64,000 bases of DNA from contig OZ024740.1 in the NCBI GenBank assembly GCA_964016885.1, positions 383,222,001 through 383,286,000 of the forward strand, read 5' to 3'. The translations under genes were made by a program, and so were the position numbers. Of the stretch, positions 53,200-64,000 are shown one piece after another (position 1 is the first letter of the stretch; each line of letters starts with the position of its first letter). The notes under the pieces are model-generated. The model ran no database searches. It saw only the letters and a program-made list of their open reading frames with translations, and was not told the DNA's origin. The stretch is from Eledone cirrhosa (lineage: Eukaryota).

Positions 53200-54150
53200 A
53201 CCAACTCAACACCATATATCAAAACAGATTTGGGAACTACCCGGTGGATAGACATCTTGAAGGGAGTTAAGTAGCGGTATGTACGATCAGCACTTCTTTT
53301 CTGTATAATTATAGCTGCACTTATCTACCAAAGTGAAGAAGAATGTTCATCTGGTTACCAAATAGGAGGGAAAACCCTATCAAATCTTAGCTATGCAGAC
53401 GCTCTGGCCATTATGGGTTACTCTAGAAATGATCTGCAAGACCTTCTGCATGTACTGGCCAAACATTCGCTGGAGGCTGGCCCGGGCATTAACATCACCA
53501 AAACAAAGTGTGCCAACTGATAAAATCAATGCCAATCTCCAACTCACAATCTACAACCTCCAAATTGCTCTAGTTACAGAGTTTGTATATCTCAGTCACA
53601 AACTAACATCAAACAACACTGGAATGGTGCTGCACAGTTTCGCATCGTTCTAGGTTGGGCAGCTTTCAACAGGAAAAAGGAACTACTTACATCAAAACGA
53701 GTTTCCTATCATTTGAAGGCTAAGATCTTCGATACTTATATCCTACCATTTGTGTTATATGGTCTTCACTGTGTTAATTGGACGACAAGGTCACTTCAGA
53801 AGCTCTCTACATTCCAGAAACACATCATGAGACTTATGACTGGCAAGTGGCTCAGCGACCATATCTGTATCAGTGAGCTGCTCAACATTACCCGAGTTAG
53901 ACCAATTAGATCAATTATCAAGTCAAGAGTATTCAAACTATACGGTCATATATAAAGATCAACTCGTAATGTGAGTAGGTTGTGCCTGGAAGGAAAGTTG
54001 GCTGGTAAGAGAAGCAGAGGTCGGCAAGTCAAAATGATGGATTCATAATGTCAAATTATGGAGTGGACTTGACTATTGCTCTTTAAACTCTGCTGTTGTT
54101 GATCGAAGATGGTAGAGAAAAGTATCTCATGGTGATGCACAGTCTGCAAC
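53200..54150 (+). pseudogene. RTE-type LINE RT 3' half, decayed
   Basis: SALLFCIII..GYQIGGKTLSNLSYADALA..GINITKTK, KAKIFDTYILPFVLYGL, KLYGHI, GKRSRGR. Confidence 0.8.
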
Positions 54151-54159
54151 TGGCAAAAT

Positions 54160-54201
<42 letters not shown>

Positions 54202-55203
54202 TTCACATTTGAACTTCCTTCCTGAGTGGTCTCAACACACGTATATATCACTCAACATAGATATATACCTCTGCACATATATAAACTTCAAACACCTGCA
54301 TATTTACCATTCGGTCCGACCACACGCATGACATGGCATTCCATGTACACGCCATGCATACATACACTGTTGCATCACATACATGGCCTCTCTGAAATTC
54401 ACCTACACCACTATCTTTTCCATTTCGTTCTCTTCCCATCATATCCAGGCACATCTACCTCTCTTTGCCTGTCTATCATACTCTGCCCGTCTCTCTACTG
54501 CCCCTATTTCTTTTCTTTCACTCTTTCTTCAACCATCTCTCTATGTCTGTCTCTATGTTAACATTCATTTTTTCTGTCATTGACATATTAATGTATTTAA
54601 CATGGAGCAGAATGACGTCATAGCTGCTCTATAAGTGACAGTCTTAACAAGCTGCGAAAACCGCAAACTTAACGCCAACAATAATTGCGACAACTACACA
54701 TCATAAACAATAATAACCAAAAGACAAAAAATAAAATTAATAAATAACTAAATAAATTATAACGATAATAATGATGACGAAGACTTGAGAAAGAGATTTG
54801 TATAACAAAAAAATCAACTAAATTCCAATAATGAAACAATATCATGACAACTTTGATTGCAACAACAACATCTGTGGTTGATATTGTTGTATTGCTATAA
54901 TGATTCCGGTTTTATTCAAGTTGATGATTAAAACGATGGTGTGTGTGTGTGACGGTATATCAAGAGAGCTGTTAACATTTTCAACGTTATATTTTCAACG
55001 AGACTGTTGATTTCTGGCAGACATTGATAACTTAAAACTATTAATATTTACATGCATGTTTCCTGATGTGTGACAGTTTTCATGACATCACTAACTGTAG
55101 AATGGTGAAAGAAAATATTGAAAAAAGCTGTTAGTCATTTATGCAGATGTTTGTGAGTGTGTCTCTATGAGTGTATATGTGTGTATGTGTGAGAGAGAGA
55201 GAG

Positions 55204-55275
<72 letters not shown>

Positions 55276-55869
55276 TGTGTGTGAGTGAGTGAGAGAGAAA
55301 GGATGAAATGTAGAGATGGAGGCTAAAAGCGGGATAGGGAATGTTCGATTAGGTAGGAAAACAAAATAATATGAATATATATATATATATAAAAATGTAA
55401 GTCCAAAGAATCATTAGATAAAATATATACAGTATTTCTTCTCTCAATCAGTATAAATTAACCACACAAAAAAATCATTTAAACGAGGCTATAAGTTTCA
55501 AATGTACTTATGAAGAAATAATATATAAATGATACATACTATCTTCCACGATGTACAGCTATATGACCTAGTATTTCTCCTAGCCTGTAGAAATTGACTA
55601 GGCAAATAGTTAACTATACGGAATTAGGTACAACATTGAAATATATATACCTTGTATGTATATAAACGCACGTAACACTTGTTTCACAGATGATTGACAC
55701 TAGGTATGTCAGCGATTAAAACAGTTATCGATATTCTGCGAAACATCTGTTACTTTTGATAATTGAGAAAATATCTAAAAGAGAAACCTCCTACTCTCGT
55801 GTACATTGCAATGATCCTACTGACTGCAGACATGTAAGTATCCCGTTTAAGTAATCGCATTGAATGCTA

Positions 55870-56027
55870 GTGTGGGTGATTCGTCAGTATCGGTAGAGGT
55901 TCGGACGCCCTTTACGGTCCGAGATAAAATACCGCCGATGTTCACTTTCCTTACGGGGTCGATAAAATAAAGTACCAGTAATGTACTGGAATAATTGCTA
56001 GACTTGTGCCAAAAGTAGAAACAATTA
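55870..56027 (+). mobile_element. Diverged SINE copy
   Basis: cagtatcggtagaggttcggacgcc..ccttacggggtcgataaaataaagtaccagtaatg..aaagtagaaacaatta. Confidence 0.8.
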
Positions 56028-56892
56028 TATATATATGAAAGCTTATCGATGAAGGAAATCATGGTCTTAAGATGCTTATACGAAAATCGATAATTGAAGA
56101 TTAATATTAATTATGACAATAGTTGTTATGTATATATGTACAAAATATTAGTAGTTTCTCAATTGATATATATCCTCTTATATATCGTTTAAACATGTAT
56201 AATTGATGATCTGAACTAATGGTCATGTAGCTCTTTTATTGAGAGACATAATCCATATGTATGTTATATATAGTGATTAAACTTAAATTTAATATAATGC
56301 TGGAATATATAAGTATTTTCATAATTATTGCCAACTGTCCGGCGTTTGGTGAAACTGCTAGTTGGAGTAATTATGAACATTTCTTGTGTTTTTACTGACT
56401 GACACGAATTTTATTAGCAGTATAAATCTTTGTTGATGACTGTAATTAATTTGTGGGATATTAGAACAATGTTGATGGCTTAATTGGATGATTTGAACTA
56501 TTATTGATTGCCCCGATGAATTTGTTTAATTTTTGCCACCTCATTACCGAATTCCGTAGAGATATACTCCGCAACTGATTTACACCGGCTAGCACAGTGT
56601 AGGACATTGAGTGTCAAGATGTCGCAGTGCCATACATTTGAATGCGCCACCATGTGGTATTGTGAAATCATCTATTTATTAATATATGCATATATATATA
56701 TATATATTGAAAATTGCAAACTTCACTGTCAGCACAGAATATGAATCTGAAGATTGCGAAAGCTTGAAAGTACTTGTTCAATTAACGCTTAACATTTAAT
56801 ATTCTACCATACTATTTCATTCTAATGCCATTAAACATTTTAAAGGATTGTAAATAAAACGAGTAAATCAGACAAAGTTGGAATTCCTTTTA

Positions 56893-56940
<48 letters not shown>

Positions 56941-56949
56941 CACTTAAAA

Positions 56950-57605
56950 TGGCAGCAGAGCGAAGCACGTAGCAGTGTCGACGAGGAGGTTTAAATCGCG
57001 TCTCAAAGCAACTGACGCCATGTCAAAACTACATCATCGACTAGTGTGTGTCAAGTATATCCCTAACGAAAGTTACAGTTTATTTTTCACTGGTTCTGAC
57101 AACACTTTTATATGGCTCTGATTCATGGTCCCCCTTATCATTGCCTTCACTCTGTCTGCGGTTATCAACATTCTGACAGAATATCCAGTGCCGATATTTC
57201 TTCGATCTGCAACATCGGTTGGATTATGTATATTCTGATGCAATCTCGACACAAATGGGGTTGTCGTGTCCTACATGTGTCTGAAGATCACACACTTAAT
57301 GTACTTTTATACAGTCAACTTCATAATGGTGCACGTAATGTAAAATGAGAATTACTTATATATAAATAGAAACTGAAGTACAATCTTAAATGTGTGAACA
57401 TACGTTATACTTTTCCTGAAGCCCTAGCTGTTGACCGTGGAAAATGGAGTATTATCTGCCCTGAAGGTATACCAGACTTTGAAAAATCAATTCAAATCAA
57501 ACATTGCACCCTACTCCGCTCAAAATCCTATCATCGGCAGTGTATGTGGCTCGATGTATAAATCAGCAGCTTGACTAAATTGACATTTACATCGTAACCA
57601 TAAAA
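56950..57605 (+). pseudogene. Old RTE (BovB-like) LINE C-terminal fragment
   Basis: LVLTTLLYGSDSW, HCL..GYQHSDRISS, SRHKWGCRV, LLYSQLHNGAR, plus a terminal zinc-finger remnant. Confidence 0.65.
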
Positions 57606-57679
57606 AACATTAACAGAGAAGAATGTTGGTCCGTTATACTTAGATATACGACTCAAGAGTGCATCATATATATATATAT

Positions 57680-59892
57680 ACCTCTCTCGTCCACACCGCT
57701 CTCACCCGCGCCCGTGCTGTCCACCACTCCACCACCCTCACCCCACGCCACCGCACACCCACCCACCATGTCCCCTTCCCCATCACCTATCACCCCACCA
57801 CCTAACCTCTCCACCGCACCATCCGTCGCCTCTTCCGACGCCTCCAGTCCGACCCCTCCACCACCCAAATATTCCCAACCCCACCACTCCCCTCCTTCAA
57901 ACGCGCACGCAATCTCCGCACCCTCCTCGTCCACAGCTCCCTAAGCCCCAACCTACACTCTTTCGCCCTCCCCCGGTTCCTTTCCCTGTTCTAGGCCCCG
58001 CTGCAACACCTGTCCCCACATCACCAACACCACCACCTTCCAGGGTCCTAACGGCCACTTTCTCTCTGTCCGGCATGCCTTCCGCTGCACCTCCTCCGAC
58101 GGGACGTCGCCTGGCGGACCGATTCACTGAGCACCTCCGGGATATTCGTCTCGGTGGTAGTTCCCCCATCGCCCGCCACTTTGGTGCCCCTGGAAATTCC
58201 GCACGCCATCTCACAGTCTGTGGCCTACTCCAATGCCACGGAACACCCGCCAATCTCCTCAGAGTTGAACAAAGAACCATCTTCATCTTACAGACCCACT
58301 CTCCCCCCGGCCTGAACTCCCCACCCTTATTCCTTTAGCCTTCGACCGCCCCCTCCCTCCACACATATCCCCCACTAACACCACTAACACACCCCTCCTT
58401 TTCACCGCCCACCCCACAACTAACAATACTAACACCTCCACTCCACCCCTCATCCGACCACCCTTCCCCAACTAACATACTAACATCCCTCCCTTCTTCT
58501 CCTCCCCCCTCCTTATCACACGCACACACCCACCGGCACATATATACACGCGCTCACACTAAACACACACTCTACTACCACCACTAACCCTCACCCCCAC
58601 ACATTCATCTCACCACCCCGCAACTAACAACACTAACACCCCCTGACCCCAAGCACACGAACACACGCACCCACTTACACCACCCACCCCACAGGCAACT
58701 AACATCACTAACACCCCCAACCCCGCGCACGCATACACACACACCCTCGTACACCACCAACTCTACACACCCTACCACCACTAACACCCACTCACACCCG
58801 CATTCAACCCTTTCTCCACCTCCCGTATACTAACACCCAGTAACACCCCCTTCATCAAACTACACACACACCAGTACACCACACTCCCTCCATCGACCCC
58901 CACATCCTTCTCTCCCCGCTCCACCCACACCCTTTCTCCAACACTCACTCATCCCACTAACACCTCTACTAATACACACACACCCTCCTCACTCCAACTT
59001 TCACACCTACCCATCCTCGCCCCTTTACCATTCTACCCTACTGCTGCTATGCCCTCTGACCACCTCCCAGCACACACATACACACAGAACTCCTACTGCC
59101 TTGACCACTTCCTGTTGCACGCGCACCCCACATCTCTCCTCTTCCGACCATCTCTTCATGGATTACTCGTATGTGGACCTTGACCGCGGAATCAACTACC
59201 ATCCTAGGAGTTTACCAACCATTCAACCATATCTTCTTACGGAATCACCTTTATAACTCACCCACACACACACCCCCAACAACATTTATTCCCACACGCC
59301 ACCTACACCCACAACACGCTTAAATCCCACACACACGTGCTTCCCACCACATATTTACACCTTCAGCCTCCGGATTCCTCTCCCCCCACCCCTCTATCCA
59401 CACACGCACACACACTCCGACCTACAGCCAACCCCACACACACCTCTTCCTGAACATGCAACCCCGTTCTTCCCCCAACCCTTGCTTTCACATACACACA
59501 CACACACTCACACACGTACACCTACACACACACACCACCTTCAGCCCTCACCGCTCGGACACCCCGTCTCCCACTGCCCACTCCACCCGCCACCACCCCT
59601 ACACGCCCCCACCCTTCCACCACCTATTTTACCCCATTTTAATTTAATTTTATTTTGATCATGCTTTTATTTTTAATTTCATTCGCACCGTTTCTTCCCA
59701 CTCTATTTTCGCTATATGTCTCTCCACCACTCCCCTACACACCCTTTGAACTCTCTTCCCACACACTTTTCACCTGAGGAAGGGCTTATGCCCGAAACGT
59801 GGTTCCCCACCACCACCCCACTCTCAAGAGCGTGAAATTAATAAACATTCGTTGTACTGCCTCTCTGTTTTGTTCCTGTTCAAATTTTCCAT
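57680..59892 (+). mobile_element. Truncated Penelope-like element (Neptune-like) with C/A-rich 3' region and terminal hammerhead
   Basis: LRHFRRLQSDP-like, FKRARNLRTLLV, FPCSRPRCNTCP, FRCTSS, TGRRLADRFTEH, PIARHF, EQRTIFILQT..PPGLN; coding ends at 58338. Confidence 0.85.
59772..59803 (+). ncRNA. Minimal hammerhead with a non-cleavable GUG triplet
   Basis: ac CTGAGGA a gggc ttat gccc GAAA cg TG gt. Confidence 0.65.
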
Positions 59893-59972
<80 letters not shown>

Positions 59973-60597
59973 CGTCTGTATAAGTATATACATACATATA
60001 CATGCATATATATAAAGACGATGTGACGTAGATGTGTTTGTGATCGTTTGTGTGCGATACGTATTTTCTTGCATAAAACATTACTAAATAAGTTTGGTAA
60101 TTGTGAAATGCGATAAAATGTTTTAACCACTCATTAAAGGAACCACGAAAACGGCATGAACGTAATATCAAATACGTTTGTTCTTTCACTATATAAATAA
60201 GAGAAACTGAATCTGAAGTGAAATCATAGCCTGTGAAATGATAAATGGAAATATATGCACAAATAAAAGCAAAAATAAAAGCGATAAACAGTAATTTTGA
60301 AAACAGAAAAATCATAATATTTAACAATAAGCGACAACTGTGCAAAGCAAACATATCAATACAAATAAAATTATTTCCATTGTTTATGTCAAAGAGAAAT
60401 ATATTCACATCTAAGAATCATGCTATTGAAGTTTGCAATGAAGTAGCTTTATATTTCTATTAAATAGCTGTGAAAATTACTTGAGCATTTCCTACTGACT
60501 TTTCATTCACATTGCTCCCCTCTCCCTCTCCTCTCTATCTATCACATATCCGTGTGCACAGACACATACACACACATATATTTATATACACACACAG

Positions 60598-60676
<79 letters not shown>

Positions 60677-60989
60677 CTTATATATGTGTACATATATATG
60701 TACGTGCGTATATATATATTTAAACCATGCATGTGTACATACATACACAGTTACACTGAGGTAAATGTAGATATACATATAATTGATATAAATGATCGTT
60801 TCTAAAACAATCTTTTTATGTTTAGATGTCTTCTACATGATTTTGAAAAGTGATACTTTGTAATAACTTAATTTTAAAGTTGTACAATCTTTTTCTTTCA
60901 AGAAGTGATGTTAGTAACTTTTGATTTACATTTTATTCAACTCATGCATCTCTTCATTATACATCTCTCTCCCTATATATAAAATGTCC

Positions 60990-61435
60990 AATAGATTGAC
61001 AACCCAACAGACCACATCCCTTTCTTCATCTTAACTGAGACCCATTTCGTCAAATTCCACTTGAAAGTGAGAACTTTTATAACCATCCACCTGGTTCGTG
61101 TCTGCTGAAGGAAAGGGGAGACTGCCGTTTTTCTGCATGATTGTTTAAAGTGAGATGGAAATAACATAATCTCTAATGGCTACTGTGAATCAGAAACAGT
61201 GCACAACAGCCAATAATTTGAAGGCTTCGACAGATTTTAAGTATTTAATACAACAGTGCCATTTTGGTAACATACTAATGATGAGAGACTTCAATCTACC
61301 CTGTGCTGAATGGTTTACAAACAGTTTGAAAAGAGTTACTGCCATCTCAACCACTGAGCTGATACTGCAGCGGATGAGTCACTTCTCGATTTTATGGATT
61401 AAATTTTCCTGTCCCAAATTATCCGTGCACCAACA
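60990..61435 (+). pseudogene. Old LINE APE endonuclease fragment
   Basis: FFILTETHF, GETAVFLHD, LMMRDFNLP..W, FLSQIIRAPT. Confidence 0.6.
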
Positions 61436-61571
61436 ACAAAATAATGCAACAGAGAAACGAAAGAATGAAGAGAATGAGTGATAGCAAATATCTATATCAT
61501 GCTGAGAAAGCCCCGAATGAACAAGTGCGAGAAATTATAAATAGACAACAGAAACCCCAAAACAACAAAAA

Positions 61572-61699
61572 AATAGCCCTCGAAACGGCTTGAGCTCTGC
61601 CGTCGGGGTTAAACATTTTCCTATTACCCACTCTACTACCTTAAGTATTGAGTACTCTGGTGCCTTATGGTCCATATGGTTCCTTTCCGCACTTCCTTC

Positions 61700-61705
<6 letters not shown>
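61572..61705 (+). repeat. Short 3' fragment of the family at 14510-16303 (other fragments at 1498-1550 and 16316-16370)
   Basis: tagccctcgaaacggcttgagctctgccgtcggggt...cttccttcgtt matches the reverse complement of 14510-14640. Confidence 0.85.
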
Positions 61706-61765
<60 letters not shown>

Positions 61766-61850
61766 GGAGGTGAGTTTTATTGTAGTACAATAAAGCAATG
61801 CAGATATCGGATAAGAAGCACTCTACAGTTTGTAGGACTGGAGTATACAT

Positions 61851-62118
61851 AATATATAAGATCAACAGATGGTTAAAGGAGTTCCATGTATTTTATTATG
61901 CGCATTTCAAAAACAAACATCATCATGCAATAATATGTTGATTTAATAATATGTTGATTTAAAACTGCACTATCCACAAGTATTTTTTTAGCCTTCATAT
62001 CATGTTCTCCTGTTTTATCTGATGAAAACACAAATATTATTGCATGATGATGTTTGTTTTTGAAATGCGCATAATAAAATACATGGAACTCCTTTAACCA
62101 TCTTTTGATCTTATATAT
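61851..62118. repeat. Inverted pair of a Penelope-type terminal repeat
   Basis: 61851-61935 mirrors 62034-62118. Confidence 0.9.
62013..62079 (+). ncRNA. Type I hammerhead, canonical core, palindromic stem III
   Basis: ttttat CTGATGA aaacacaaatattattgcatgatgatgtttgttttt GAAA tgcgca TA ataaaa. Confidence 0.85.
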
Positions 62119-62865
62119 TATATATATATATATATATATTTGACCGTTTTCATCTCTTTGCAAAATTTGAATTTTAGCCATGTGATATTGAGATGTAAGT
62201 AAATGTAAAATGTAAAATATAAATAAGGATTGCTCTGCTAAAATATACTAAAATATTTGTGTAACTTCCACAAACTTCTGTCGTGACATTCCCGAGTCCA
62301 GTGACCAACAAATTGTTGTATTTTGATGTTTCAGAATACAAAAATTAATTAAAAACTTACCCCACGAAAAGACAGCGTGTGTTGTCCTATCTATAAGCTC
62401 CCTCATACAAACGTTCAAATGACTAGATACATCGCACTGTCCCCCGCCACCACAATAACTTCTACACTCTCTCCCCACCATCACATGTCATTACCCTATC
62501 TAGACTAAAGTCATCGACCTGTTGTCAAACTCTCTACTCTCTGTTGAATGTGTATATATATATGTATGTATATGTGTGTATATACATCACTCTGTCAAAC
62601 GACCAGATTTCAACCCCAACATCTACAACAACAACACCGACACTAATGTTTACAGCAACAACAGCTTCAGAATGAACTGAAATGAACATTTACAACAACA
62701 ACAACAGCGGCATCAAAAGATAATAAAAAAAACAAAAAAAACTCAAAATAACAAAACACACACACATACGCACACAACACAACAACAACATCAACTGCCA
62801 CCACCACCACTACCGCCGCCGCCATTACCATCACCAGCGACCGGGCCTTAAGAAAACAAGTTTAA

Positions 62866-63012
62866 TAATAATTGTTCTGCTTTAGGCACGGATCCAGCGA
62901 CAGGCCCAGCGCATCACTGGTACTCTCTTTTGTTGACTCCGTGGGGATGAAAGGCAAGGTTGACCTCGGCGGGATTTAAGATCAGAGCGTGGAGAGCCAT
63001 AACTCTATGCTG
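62866..63012 (-). mobile_element. Older SINE copy interrupted by a younger copy
   Basis: Diverged ggatgaaaggcaaggttgacctcggcgggattt. Confidence 0.75.
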
Positions 63013-63025
63013 TAAAGCAATTATA

Positions 63026-63217
63026 TTAATTGTTTCTACTATTGGCACAAGGCCAGAAATTATCCAGTACATTACTGGTACTTTATTTTATCGACCCCGT
63101 AAGGATGAAAGGCAAAGTTAACCTCGGCGGGATTTGAACTCAGAATGGCAAGGGCCGTAACTCTATGCGTCAAAGCATGGCGTCCGACCTTCTACCGATA
63201 CTGCCAATCCACCGCCC
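63026..63217 (-). mobile_element. SINE with 13-bp TSD
   Basis: TSD taaagcaattata at 63013-63025 and 63218-63230; full-length reverse complement of the 47766 family. Confidence 0.9.
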
Positions 63218-63325
63218 TAAAGCAATTATAATAATACTGGACTGTAGTATGATCGGCTTCAACTATACAAACTCTTGAAAGTCAACAGTTGACATAATCT
63301 TGTAATCTTGTATCAGTAATGGCGG

Positions 63326-63366
<41 letters not shown>

Positions 63367-63845
63367 TGTGTGTGTGTGTGTGTAAGTGAGTAGAGTAGCG
63401 TGTGTGTGTTTGTTTGTATGTATGAGTGTTGCTGTGTGCGCGCATATGTATGCGCGTGTGTGTATGTCGTACGTATAAGTGTCAATAAGTGATTTTTTTT
63501 TTTTTTTGCGCCGGGACATAGAAATAATCGGGCTGGATGCCCGATCGCGCAGTTAAACCGCTGGGAGTGAAGAACCCCTAGCACTTGTCAGGGCATTCTT
63601 CTAGGAGAAGGCATCTCAGGAAACTGGGTTAACTCCGACATAAAACCTGCGGCTCAGTAGTTACCGATGATGTTGATCTTTTCTTCTTTTCGGGTTATAG
63701 CTACTGTCGCTCAGAGAGTGGGATTGGCTCAGTGCACAGTCTTTCCTCACTTTAAAAATATTCGTCACGCACAGGCATTGCACGAGTGTATTAAGAATTA
63801 TTAATAGTGTACTATTATTATTATTATTATTATTACTATTATTAC

Positions 63846-63877
<32 letters not shown>

Positions 63878-64000
63878 CCAATTCAATGATGTTCCAGAAC
63901 AATATAAAAGAGATAATTGGCAATTTAGGTTCTGGAACAAAAAAGATCATTGGCAATAAGGGCAGGGGCCCCAGGTTATCACAGCCTGGGCCCGCTCGTC

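Noticed and set aside
63505-63800. Possible RTE-type 5' UTR (tctaggagaagg..actccgacataaaacc)
   Set aside because: Resemblance from memory only; no downstream ORF in the window.

Overview
Eukaryotic, AT-rich, microsatellite-dense DNA with no recognisable host gene. The SINE family and repeat landscape resemble octopod cephalopods (from recall, not a search). The window is a nest of retroelements: several Penelope-like elements (Naiad-like with RT 'YRDD' plus C-terminal GIY-YIG, one full-length with tandem pLTRs; one Neptune-like), a full-length decayed L1/Tx1 LINE, a near-intact CR1/L2-type LINE, RTE and CRE fragments, and SINEs with target-site duplications. The main hidden signal, read by eye, is about 22 type I hammerhead ribozyme motifs from about 13 sequence families. 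They include a multi-copy U3-A8 compensatory core variant and U4C/U4A variants. Two ORF-less units look retrozyme-like (about 2.07 kb and 0.52 kb), and many truncation or inversion breakpoints fall inside the ribozymes. The CR1-type LINE has a G_GGA_AAC slippery heptamer at its ORF1 stop that leads into an AUG-less ORF2 in the -1 frame. Most ORFs in the supplied track are translated microsatellites.
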